A stretch of DNA of 64,000 nucleotides from Octopus bimaculoides (Eukaryota), in NCBI RefSeq assembly GCF_001194135.2, contig NC_068992.1:1618561-1682560 (forward strand). The letters run 5' to 3'. The notes under the pieces are model-generated. The model made no database searches. It was given only the letters and a program-made list of their open reading frames with translations, and had not been told where the DNA came from. The position numbers and the translations under genes were made by a program. This document shows, piece by piece, positions 23,736 to 36,879 of this stretch (position 1 is the stretch's first letter; the number at the start of each line of letters is the position of its first letter).

Positions 23736-25528
23736 GTATTTGTTTTCATACTTTCCAGTACAGATGAAAAAAACCAAAATTAATGTTCGAGAGTGAACGT
23801 TGAGTGAACGCCAAGTTCTGAAGAGTTCTAAGAACAATGATTTTGTAAGATATCAAACGCATGTTTCTCTCTGTACTTAGCTATAGAGCATGTCGAAATG
23901 GGAAAGATTAATTTCCACTCGAACAATAGGCAATATCCTGCTATCAGACTCTAAGATAATTGTTGTACGTTCTATCGTAGAAGAGAAGAAATTTTGTGAA
24001 TTGCTTACGTCGACCTTGGATCTCACCCAAAATATTCATTTGCAATTTAATTCAAACTGATTATTACAAAACCTGCAGAGTACTTTTGCGTCAGTATACA
24101 TATCATATTTGTATTCGCTTATAACTTCACCCTTTCTGCAATCCTTTATAAAATGTACGAAATGGCTTTCTCTTTTCGATTCACAAATTTGCGCAAAGGT
24201 GGTTTGTGATTGTGAATTACAGAAAGCGTATAGAGATATCAGTGGAGGCAGGAACCAAAAGATTTGAGTAGCATCTATGTAAGTGCGCAATTAATCCGAA
24301 TAATATATACGTGAGCAATGAAAATTCTTCGAACATCTTTTGGAGGACGTGGATTAAGTAAAATTTGACACCCCACATATACCCCACATATGCCCCAGGG
24401 ATGAAATCTGTCTAACTGGAATTGTCATTGCGCAACATCACAAATTGCTTTGAAGAAGGAAATATGAATACTGTTAATCCACATCCAAATATAGGAATAC
24501 CACCATACAACCATTTATATTCTGGACTGCTTAAATTATGCTGCTCTCTATGTATTTTTCATACAGAAATTTAGTACCACATATAGGTTAATATGCATGG
24601 CACTTGTGAGGGTTAGTAAAGTAGCACATTCGTTACAGTAACACCTACATTACCTAGTGCCATTCCTTGATATTCGGAGTTCAAAGAACTACAAAGTTAA
24701 AATATTCCTTTTTCCTTCCGCTGTCCTGAAAAATCAAGGTGGCATGTACGACGGTCGATTGAATTGAATTTCCCCCTCCATTACAAATCTGTAATCTTGA
24801 ATCAATATAAAATCAATATACTGTATTAGTCTCATGCAACTTCACAGGACCCACAAAGATAATGTTAACATTCGTTTCTTTATTATATTTTCTGGGTTCC
24901 AGCTGAAGATTACAATGATTAAAACGACATAAACAAGTGTATGAAAGAGACCGTCTGCTATTTAGTTCGCAGTTCTCGCCTTTAAATATATATAAGCATA
25001 TATTAGTCGACATTAACAGCTTCTAGCATAATCGTAAAGTGTATATTATTCTTTTGTGCTTAAAAGTAATATACATATACACCAACTAATATAGGTATAT
25101 GGGTACGTGTTGGTGTGTGTGTACATGTTTATATACGTGGATTTATATCTCTAGCAGTGTGTGCATGTGTGTATGGAAGTGTGTGTATGTGTGTAAAGAT
25201 GCGAGTATACAATTTTCCGTTTATACAAAGCTAATCAATTGTATGTATCCATAAATAAATGTTAGTATTAATGCTCAAATATTAAAAATCATTCATGTAT
25301 GAAGGTTTCTCTTAATATATCTCCATTTATGTATACAAGCACATACACAAAGGCAAAGGAATAATAAACATACACAAACACACATGTATGTTTGTACGCA
25401 TATATATGTGTGTGTGTATGTAATTTTGTGTGTGCGTGCGTGTGTGTGTATATGCATGCTTATATAGGCCTCAATGTGTGTATATGTGTGCGCAGATGTC
25501 TTTACGATCGTTTGATCAACATTATCAG

Positions 25529-25573
<45 letters not shown>

Positions 25574-25809
25574 TACATTTACATTTATAACAATATCTAA
25601 AGTTATATATACGTTTATACATTAAGTTATCTCTGAATGAGTTTGGGTAAAGGTGTGTATATTCATTTAGAATCTTCGTAATAGGACTATATATAGTTAT
25701 GATAAAATCTACATTAATATACATACATAGATACACGCATGCACATATATGCACATGTATACACATACGCACGTACTCATATATACAAAATATTAACACA
25801 AATATCAAG

Positions 25810-25841
<32 letters not shown>

Positions 25842-25881
25842 GCACACATACACAAATATATCCAGAAAAGTATGTGTACGC

Positions 25882-25922
<41 letters not shown>

Positions 25923-26101
25923 TGTGTGCGCCCGTGTGTGTGTGTGTCTAATCATCTAATATCCGTATGTAAACAAATATGAATCGATTGAAAAATTGGA
26001 TATATCCCAATGGGAATGTGAAGTTACATACACACATACGTAGTTATATGCATACATACATATACACACACATACACACACACATACATACATATATATA
26101 A

Positions 26102-26137
<36 letters not shown>

Positions 26138-26659
26138 CTACGCATACGTACGTATATCATTGTATGTATTTGGGGATGTATCTATATTTTAGGATTTGTT
26201 TTGCTACACGCATGATATTAAACATTAATATTTACCATAGCTATTTATTATTGTCCATGATATTTGTGTTGTTTTATGCTGTAGAAAGTCTTGTCTCTCT
26301 GAATAAACCATCCCTTTTTACAGGAAGTTATTATATTACTATAGTTCTGTGTTACCTTTGTTTCACACATTCTACTTTGACCTTTCTATAATAATTTCTG
26401 GAAAATTGAGATAATTTAAAGGAATATGAATATGATCGATTTATTGAACATAGTAAGCGGCCGTCTGTGTGAAGAGGTCAAATATAATCGAATAACTTAT
26501 AGATATTATTTAGATATATAACAACGTTGCTTACAGTAAAAAAATCAGGTTATATCAGTCTGTTAGAAAATATAAACCACGCATAATGAAACGCACACTC
26601 AAGCAGACATATAAATATGAACGAAGATCTATCTATCTATCTATCTATCTATCAACACA

Positions 26660-26718
<59 letters not shown>

Positions 26719-26967
26719 GTATATATATGCATGTATATTTAAATCTATGCATAAGTATGACAGTCCTTGTTCTTAAGATGAAGGAGAAGCAACGCATATA
26801 TCCACATACGTGCGCACGCAATCATGGATACACACATGTAAAACGCAGACATTTGCGTATGTTAAACATCTTTATATGATCTTTTCCGCTAAAGGTACTG
26901 CTTACTAAATGTATGCTTGTGCATACATACATTTGTGTGTGTCCGAAAGTGTGCATACGGAGAGAGA

Positions 26968-27015
<48 letters not shown>

Positions 27016-27388
27016 TCTTTAAATGCAGTTATATATTTAACTTTATATGTTAATATGTATTTAATGGAATTTACATAAATATAAATTCACGCACATACAT
27101 AAATGCATATAAACAGACCCGTATATATATATATATATATATATNNNNNNNNNNNNNNNNNNNNNNNNNNNNNNNNNNNNNNNNNNNNNNNNNNNNNNNN
27201 NNNNNNNNNNNNNNNNNNNNNNNNNNNNNNNNNNNNNNNNNNNNNNNNNNNNNNNNNNNNNNNNNNNNNNNNNNNNNNNNNNNNNNNNNNNNNNNNNNNN
27301 NNNNNNNNNNNNNNNNNNNNNNNNNNNNNNNNNNNNNNNNNNNNNNNNNNNNNNNNNNNNNNNNNNNNNNNNNNNNNNNNNNNNNNNN

Positions 27389-27428
<40 letters not shown>

Positions 27429-30240
27429 GCATATAAATGTTTGTATCAGTATACGTGTAGATGTCTATGCGTACTAGTTTGTGATGTACATATCCATAAT
27501 ATTGATTTATTTTGATGAGGCAGAATGCCAATATTCAAAGACGAGAAGGAAAGCCAGCTAAACCAACACAATAACACTGGTCTTACTTGATTTATTGATC
27601 AAGGAATGTTGAGCAGTAAATTCCATCACCGTGAATGATCCATGTGGAACCACATGGATTTAAACACAATGTGTTTTATAGCACGCTATGCACGGCAATC
27701 TTCATCGATGACCTTGAATATTCATATTTCAATCCGCAGGCAAATGCCAGTAATCTTCTCCTTTTTTGCAGTTTTAGATTATCTTATTTTGCGTATTACG
27801 AAGAGATAATAACTTATAGAGATTCCAAAGCATTCACCATTTTAAAACTGTTTTATAATTTATTGTATAACAAACATCGTATACATCCTGTATTAAGTCG
27901 ACGCTTTTACAGTCTCCAAACTTTTCCCCATATCGTATTGTTTTGTGTGAAATATGCATCACCCCATCATGTAATGAGATGAATAAGTATCCGTGTATCA
28001 TAGATGAATAATTGCATCTCATACTTTTTTTATTCTACCATATTACATCAAATAAGCGTAATGCGTAACAGTTTTTTCTTGTTATTTATTTATTCATTTA
28101 TTTAAAATCTTGTTCATCATATACACATTGCGAATGGAATGTATATTAACATAATCGATTTTCCAATTCTGTAATTCTGAAGAGCTTGTCCACATAAAAA
28201 GCATTTAGGAAACTAGTTTCATATTTTCCATTTCCTCACTACCTATGAACGATTATATTTTTGTTCAGAGGGATTTCATGGATCCTACATATTTAGCTGC
28301 TTTCACGAAAAGAATATTATAATTCTAACTTGATTCAAATAATGCTTCCATTAATCCCACGTAGAGCAGAGTTATTCGAGAGACTGGGTACAGATAATCT
28401 CCAAGCAAATTAAGTCTGTTGTTTGAATGAAATGTCTTTCGCTGATATCTGGGATATTCAGAGCTTTTATTGTTGAAAGAAACAGTAGATTGCTTATATT
28501 TCTTCGAAGTTTTGTAATGAACTATGCAAGAATACAAGGCAATCAACCATGTTGTCCAAACCCCTGAATTTCTCTACTTTATTAAAACTAAGAAACTTCA
28601 GCTGTATACCAACACCAAAACACGCAATGTATCGTCAACTAGATACTAATTTGAAATATTCTCTACATTTTTAGCTTAATGCGTTAACATGAATTTTCCT
28701 TGGAAAAAAAATTCAGTGAAAAGAGTATTTGATCTCAGTGAACTTATATTTTTATTAAGTTACACGAACATATAAGTGAAATTGAAAAGTTCACTGTGAA
28801 CACTTCTAATGAATTTACCGTTGCGTATTCATTTGTATAGTTGTTGTTTCTAAACGAAAATATATCCGGTTTTGCACCACAAGCTATAAAATAATATTTA
28901 TAAACAAAAATTGTTTTAAGTCATGTACGAACATGTACACACACACACAGAGACATCAGTAACATTAACTCAGTCAACCGAATGATAACAAGTTAGTTCA
29001 CCTAAGTATATTCAATTGGTCTGTTCGTTGTTTCTGTGTTTATACGTCTACATATAATATATTCAAATGTGTGTGTGCGCGCGTGTGGAGGTGGGGGGTA
29101 GGGATGGCGGTAAACATTTTTACAATAAAGTTTTCAGCGACAATCATTCTTCTCTTTGATTTGTAAAGTTTTAGTGATATATGTCGAATAATATTATCGA
29201 TTTATATCAGTGTGTGCGTGTGTATGAGTATGAGTGAGTTAGTGGTTCTGTGTGTGTGTGTGTGTGTGTGTGTGAGTATGAATGTATATGTATATATATA
29301 TATTTAAACACAAAAGAAGTGAACCTTAACAGGTCGCCTTACATACTATACGGAACAGTCAAAAAGGCCAGACCACAGTTATATATGCATATATATGACT
29401 TCCTTCTAGTATGTAAGGCGACCTGTTTAAATGTGTTTAATTGTACACTAATTTTTATATTAAAAAAGTACGTCTATTGACTTTGTATACATACTAGGAC
29501 ACTGGTATAAAAAATTTCTATAATTTAAATTTTCTAAATATATATATATATATAACTCCTTGACCTAACAGACTCATTATCGTCCTTAAACTCTTCTCAC
29601 AAGGTTTAATGCAATAGTGCGATGTTTACTTAGATGTCAACTGGAGATGAACAGAAAATATGCTTCACGTTACGGAATTGCAATTTACAGCACGTTTTTC
29701 AAGAAGGCATTGTTTCAGTAAAGCGCTGATTGCCCATTGCTGTCCCTCTGTTTGTATATTTTTCACTCTCTCTCTATCTCTCTCTCTCTCTCTGTCTCTC
29801 TCTCTCTCTCTCCCTTTCTCTTTTTATACATATATATATACTAATATATTGTGTGAGCGTGTGAATGCGTCTAGATATGCATGCATCAATATTTGCTTGT
29901 ATGTGCTGGACGTATGTTTGTATATAGGTAGGTGTGTATAAAGCGGTGTTTACGTGTGCTTAAATATTTCTCAAATTAAGTAGCATATTTATGGTTCCGT
30001 AATTTATCTGGGGGACACCTCATTACCATTATTGTATACATTTTTTGAAACCGGAAATAGTATCTTTAATGCCTAACAGATCACATATTTTCATTCTACA
30101 TTGCAATTTCAAGACAAGGAAGGTAAAAATAAAATAGACGCGAATGACGATTACATTTTGTTCTGTAACAGATATACTTCGCATGGGATTTTAAATAAAT
30201 GTGTGCATAGCATATTCACCGCCGTATAAATGCAAAGTAT

Positions 30241-30450
30241 TGGTTTTTAAATTTTGAAACAAGGCCACCAATTTCGTGGAAGGGCCTGCCTTGATTAAAT
30301 TGACCCAATTCTTCACTTTTGCTTATTTTATCAATACCGCAAGGATGAATGTCGTCGCCTAAGGCGTTTGAACCCCAGAAAACATAAAGAATCACGAAAT
30401 ACAGCTAAGCTTTCTGCCCTACGTGATAATGATCTTGCCAGATCGCCGTA
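30241..30450 (-). mobile_element. SINE family A, degenerate
   Basis: aaattttgaaacaaggcc...cttattttatc...aaggatgaa...acgaaatacagctaagc...ttgccagatcgccg. Confidence 0.65.
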
Positions 30451-30540
30451 ATTGTATACGACAAAATATTAAAACTATTATATGTATGGTGAAATTAGAA
30501 TTCTCTTCTGTACATAATGTTTCTCTCTCTACACAGCAAT

Positions 30541-30744
30541 ATTCGTTTCAAATTTTGACTCAAGGCTAGAAGTTTCGGAGGAAGAGATAAGTCGATTTCA
30601 TCGACCCCAATATTCTACTGGTACTTATTTTATCGACCCCAAAACAATAAAAGCAAACTCGATCCAGGCGCCAGAACTCAAATTCAGGAGAAATGCCGCC
30701 AAGTATTTTTTGGCGACGCGATAATAACTCTGCCTGCATGCCAC
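30541..30744 (-). mobile_element. SINE family A, degenerate
   Basis: gtcgatttcatcgacccca...ctggtacttattttatcgacccc...gaaatgccgccaagtatt. Confidence 0.75.
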
Positions 30745-30833
30745 CTGTTCTCTCTCGTAACGTTCAGGTTCTTTCTTGTCAGTTGTTCTCGCTTCTCCAC
30801 TTACCTTCAATTTAGGTGTGTATGGATTTATAC

Positions 30834-30923
30834 AGTTCTATATTTAAGAGATGAGGAATTATGGACATTATTTATATTTGACGGATATTTGTCTCCATCT
30901 TGTTTGTTGTTAACACAACGTTT
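30834..30923 (-). mobile_element. 3' half of the hammerhead-bearing SINE, 5'-truncated inside GAAA
   Basis: Reverse complement reads aaacgttgtgttaacaacaaacaagatggagacaaatatccgtcaaatataaataatgtccataattcctcatctcttaaatatagaact and aligns with 12976-13039. Its last 30 nt are identical to the inverted segment at 12735-12764. Confidence 0.85.
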
Positions 30924-32676
30924 GAAAAAATTATGTAAATAATATAAATGATGTGTATGGATTTCTTTTGAACTCCACTTCATTTACTAAGTCTGAAGTG
31001 TAAAATAAAATTCCATTTGAAAAGAAAGAAATATCTTAAACTTTTTAATGTAAAAAACTTGGTACTACATAGTATTTCTGTAACTGAACGATTTTCTTAC
31101 AAAAGTAGGCAACATCATTGCAATGAGCGTTAACGCTGGCACTTCCAATCTGTAGGATGCAAAGTACCTGTTCCTTTAGCAAGGTGCGTTTGCTTGATGC
31201 GAATTCGTGTCTTGGAACAACTTTTGTTGTGTCTGATGAGGGTCCTTGTACGAATAATAATAGCAAATGCATGGGTTCAATACCATTTCACTTAGCCAAT
31301 TGACTAACAATAATTAATTTCTACTGCAATAGTGCGTGTGTTATTATTATTGGCGTAATGAGCTTCGTAATAGACAAGACATGCAATTGTACTTATACGA
31401 AATTCTAAATAATGGCTATTTTTAATTGATGGATAAATTTCCTCGAATATAGGCGTCTGTGTCTACATTCTTTTTAAAAATACTAGCTCAGCTGTGCAAA
31501 TCAGAATACAATACAGTATTTAATTCGGTGGATTTACAATTTCAGTTATTGGACCACAATCAGTCATATTGAATGGAAATGGTTGACAAATACATTTATT
31601 ATTTTTTTAGGGAAGCAGTCAAATACGAGAATACTAGTGATTTTCGGCGTTTTGACTTAGCAAAGGAAGAATGCAACATGTTCACAAGGAGAACTAAGTA
31701 ATATTACGGTAAGGAACTGAATTATAACGTTTCGTGTAGAATATTTTGTAGGAAAAGAATCTCAGCTGGAAGTAATAGATTTTCTTCCTCGAGGCTATAT
31801 AATTTATACTCTTTTGTAAGCTGAATTATTTTCTTAAAATGGCTTCAGGTCATACATTAAGAACAGGTTATAATTGCTTCAATTTAACCATTACACACGA
31901 CTAGTATTAATTATATAAAACTTGTTTGATATCCGAAGCCAAAATCAGAGTGATTTGAAACTTTGTGACGAATGAAAAATTCGGTTTCTCAGAGGTTTCT
32001 GTCTTTCTCGCTCACACTCATAACAACAGAGGCATTGCATTGGAGTACCAGAGTACTTGATGTTTTCGCTCGCACCTAGTTACAGCTTTCTAGGTTTAGA
32101 AAACAAAAGGGACTCAATGTCATAAAGGACATAATTTTGTTTCGACTGAAAATAGAAACGTAATTAGGAATACTTCAATCTTCGAGTTTAAGCGTCTCTC
32201 TTTCTAAACTTCCCTTTCTAAACTATCAAATTATTGGAATAACAAAAACATTCCGGGTTTCCTGGCAACGCAACAATGTACAAGAAGCTGAATCCCCAGT
32301 TAGAGTTTTACTTTCTGAGGTGTAGAACAATGTCATTGCTTACATTAACAAACATATGCGTTTTACCTCTTGCGATTAACGTAGTGGAATTGATAGAAAC
32401 ATCGCTTTTATTATCGACATTCAACCATAGAAATATTGGCTCCAAAGTTCTCTCATGTGCAACTAATATTTGTCACTATGACATGTACAACTCTTACCAG
32501 TTGGCAAACATTACTACACTGCATTCGTATTACTAGTAATACAACAATAACGATATATATGGAAGTGGTTAAACAACCCACCAGTCTTTCTGTTACTCTC
32601 GACATCTGCCGTTTACAGAGGCTCTCTTCCCTTCTCTTTCTCACCCCCCTCTCTTTCTTTCTCTCTTTCACTGTAT

Positions 32677-32715
<39 letters not shown>

Positions 32716-34168
32716 CCTATCTATCTATCTGTCTATCTGCCTATCTAACTATTTATCTCCCTCTCTCTCACTATATATATATNNNNNNNNNNNNNNNNNN
32801 NNNNNNNNNNNNNNNNNNNNNNNNNNNNNNNNNNNNNNNNNNNNNNNNNNNNNNNNNNNNNNNNNNNNNNNNNNNNNNNNNNNNNNNNNNNNNNNNNNNN
32901 NNNNNNNNNNNNNNNNNNNNNNNNNNNNNNNNNNNNNNNNNNNNNNNNNNNNNNNNNNNNNNNNNNNNNNNNNNNNNNNNNNNNNNNNNNNNNNNNNNNN
33001 NNNNNNNNNNNNNNNNNNNNNNNNNNNNNNNNNNNNNNNNNNNNNNNNNNNNNNNNNNNNNNNNNNNNNNNNNNNNNNNNNNNNNNNNNNNNNNNNNNNN
33101 NNNNNNNNNNNNNNNNNNNNNNNNNNNNNNNNNNNNNNNNNNNNNNNNNNNNNNNNNNNNNNNNNNNNNNNNNNNNNNNNNNNNNNNNNNNNNNNNNNNN
33201 NNNNNNNNNNNNNNNNNNNNNNNNNNNNNNNNNNNNNNNNNNNNNNNNNNNNNNNNNNNNNNNNNNNNNNNNNNNNNNNNNNNNNNNNNNNNNNNNNNNN
33301 NNNNNNNNNNNNNNNNNNNNNNNNNNNNNNNNNNNNNNNNNNNNNNNNNNNNNNNNNNNNNNNNNNNNNNNNNNNNNNNNNNNNNNNNNNNNNNNNNNNN
33401 NNNNNNNNNNNNNNNNNNNNNNNNNNNNNNNNNNNNNNNNNNNNNNNNNNNNNNNNNNNNNNNNATATATATATATATATATATATATAAGTATATATAT
33501 GTGTATGAATATACGTATATGAATACACACACACATACACAGACACATAAAATCATGTATGGTTCAATCTTAGTGTTATATATGCTTTATTTTTCACGTC
33601 AGTAAAGGTCATTAAAATATTAGTGCTATTCAAAATGATGGCATGCTTGTAGGAGACCAGATACATACGCAATAATTTGCCATCAGGACTAACGATTCGA
33701 ATTCTTTAATTCTTAGATGTGAGGCGGTAAAATATCGATCAATAGCGTTTGTAAAAAAATATAAACGAACTTAAAATTAAATGTATATTAAATAAGAGTA
33801 TTAAAAAAATCTATAAAAAGCAAAACCCAAAGCACCAATATCACAGAATTTTTTTTTCTTCATTAATGGTAATTTTATCTATTTTATATTTTGTTCATTC
33901 TCTGTGATCAAGAAGGATATATTTCATCATAATGTTGTTACTGCTTGTCACTGTCTCAGTCGCAGTCGATATGTTTTGTCTTTGTTAACTCAACATAAGC
34001 GTTGATTTGTATAGATTTCAGCAAAAAACACGAACTATATATTGCATTCATTCAAATTTGCTACTCATCACCAATATATTGATTCATATTTGTATATCTT
34101 TATAATGTTTATATTAATTTACACTTAGATATTTTGTTTCAAAATACATATGTATGCATGTATGACTG

Positions 34169-34201
<33 letters not shown>

Positions 34202-36129
34202 NNNNNNNNNNNNNNNNNNNNNNNNNNNNNNNNNNNNNNNNNNNNNNNNNNNNNNNNNNNNNNNNNNNNNNNNNNNNNNNNNNNNNNNNNNNNNNNNNNN
34301 NNNNNNNNNNNNNNNNNNNNNNNNNNNNNNNNNNNNNNNNNNNNNNNNNNNNNNNNNNNNNNNNNNNNNNNNNNNNNNNNNNNNNNNNNNNNNNNNNNNN
34401 NNNNNNNNNNNNNNNNNNNNNNNNNNNNNNNNNNNNNNNNNNNNNNNNNNNNNNNNNNNNNNNNNNNNNNNNNNNNNNNNNNNNNNNNNNNNNNNNNNNN
34501 NNNNNNNNNNNNNNNNNNNNNNNNNNNNNNNNNNNNNNNNNNNNNNNNNNNNNNNNNNNNNNNNNNNNNNNNNNNNNNNNNNNNNNNNNNNNNNNNNNNN
34601 NNNNNNNNNNNNNNNNNNNNNNNNNNNNNNNNNNNNNNNNNNNNNNNNNNNNNNNNNNNNNNNNNNNNNNNNNNNNNNNNNNNNNNNNNNNNNATATATA
34701 TATATATATATATACACAAAGATATGTATGCGTACACATATGTATTTCTTCATATATTATAAATGTATTTATATTTTATATATATATAACAGATTTTGAA
34801 ATGCGCTTTGGTGTTTCTTCTTTTAAGATTTATTTACAGGTATTTTAGCCTGTTTCGCAACCAAAATATTTTCATATATTGTGGGAGACGGAGAATCTAT
34901 TGCCTGACTACGGTGAGAAAATTTGGTACATTTATAAGGGGTTATGCCTTCAGTTGAAATGGTGTGTAGTTAGTTGTTTCATGCGCTAGGTAATGTATTC
35001 GACAATGATTTTCACTTATACCTTTAAATATCACGAATCTACCAAAGATTTTATGGAACAAACAGGAACTCGTCCTACGAAAGGAGTAAGTTTCTCTGGG
35101 ATTTTTTAAATACCAAATATATGGTCCTGAATGCCAGACAGTTTCCGGTAAATAAAAGTTTGGATTCGCGAAGAAGAAACCACTCGGTTCAGAGTCTTCT
35201 GACAAATTATTCGACAGAATAAGGTACAACAGCATAGCAAACAGAGATTGTACTCTATTGCGGTTTACATTCCTGCATATTTTTAAACTGATAGTATATG
35301 AGAGAATCTTACATCTATTAATTCAGTGTTGGATCAACCAGAAACAATGTATTACATAATAAATGCCTTCTTATTAGAACGGAAATGTTTCGATCTTGTT
35401 AAAGATCATTAGTGTATTATTTCTGAATGTATTTGCTGTAGATTTATCAAATATTTATATAGAAGGGGAGACAGGAACGAAGTAACTGCGCTCGTCATAT
35501 ATATATATATATATATATATAATGGATAGACGACAAAATGTTTCCAAAGCTTGGATTAAATAATTTTATTGGAATTACTTTCGTTACCTGATTATTTTTT
35601 TCGTTTATATTTTCGCGATATCCAAACTGGCTTCTTAACTTCAAAGTGCAATGATTATATCAATTAATTGAAATATTTCAGATCACTCTTAGCTCTTTTC
35701 CTATATATGTCTAAACTTAAAGAACATAAATTAGAGCAAGTGTTTTTTTTTTTAATACGCTGCTTTCTGAGTAATCATATTTGCACATATATTTATTTTA
35801 AGAGAACTACATAAATGAATTTGATTTTTTCTGACTTTTATTATAGGTGAACTTTTTCAGTGTTCAGAGTTTCTTCATAATTCCAATATTCTATCTTTAA
35901 AAATGTTATTTTTACTTTGTACTTGGTATACACTTGAAGTTCCAAACTAATTTATAACATATAAAACAGAGCCATTTCTGGGAGAAATGTGTATTATTGA
36001 GGAAGAATTGTGCAGTGGAAGTATTTCTTCTGCAATTTGTTGATCTAATGGAAATATTTCTTGTTTCACTCGACAATAGAATATGCAACGTAGATATAGC
36101 CGGAGAAGTAACAGACTCATTAGTTCAAA

Positions 36130-36430
36130 AGAACCATTCCTGAAAGACATGTTTATGCTCACATAAAATCACAGTACCAGTGGAAACTTCAGGGCGCATG
36201 AACGAAAGAGAAATATTATTTCAGATGTGTTGAGGGAAATTAATGGAATGAAAAGCACTTGGCACATTTAGTCATGAAGATGATGAAGAAGGGCTGCAAT
36301 TGGCTGAAGATATTTAAGAAAAGTTTGGATTGGTGGTCAATCAACCACATTGTAAGATGCTTACATTACCTGGCTGGCACTGGGACATGCTGGATTATGG
36401 TGCATTTATATTCGGAGCAATGTTATTTTC
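36130..36430 (+). mobile_element. LINE APE endonuclease remnant (RTE-like)
   Basis: SGNFRAH (cf. GDFNAR), LGTFSHEDDEEGLQLAE (cf. G.FG...NxNGxRLLE), FGLVVN, WDMLDY (cf. WHxLDY). Confidence 0.4.
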
Positions 36431-36879
36431 CAAAGCAAGAATTGGACGTTAAGAAAAACTCCATTCACGGTGTCTGTAGTTATGTGGATGATTAGAATAA
36501 ACTTTCATATCTTTCTAATACTGGAATGAATTTTTCCGCAAGGTTTTTTGTCTTTGGTCTTAAGACACTCGATCTTACACCGTCACCGACGACTGCCAAG
36601 ACTTTATAGAAACGAAATTGGAGAACGTTCAGAAGGAACGAATGCAACAACCGACAAAACTGTCGACATAAACTCAACTTAAGCTACCAAAATCCTCTCT
36701 AACCTGATAAAGTCTTCATTTTTTTATCTATGCGGAAACTGGCACACGAAGTTCTCGGTTATCACACAGTACCAACCCCTGTCACTACCCCAGTGTAGAA
36801 CCTATCCTTGTCGCTGCCAATAAGCCACAAATCTCTTTCCAGCACTACTCCAGGCTCAAGCATTTTGCTCAAATAAAAA

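Noticed and set aside
24650-24740. Minus-strand 72-nt exon with good AG/GT signals
   Set aside because: All three frames contain stops.
31233-31260. CTGATGAG...CGAAT hammerhead candidate
   Set aside because: GAAA is broken, stem II is poor, and there are no stems I or III.
2384-34848. Long ORFs in the track spanning N runs or microsatellites (poly-X, YIYI, HTHT, CVCV, LSLS, ERER)
   Set aside because: They are artefacts of gaps and dinucleotide repeats that lack stop codons.
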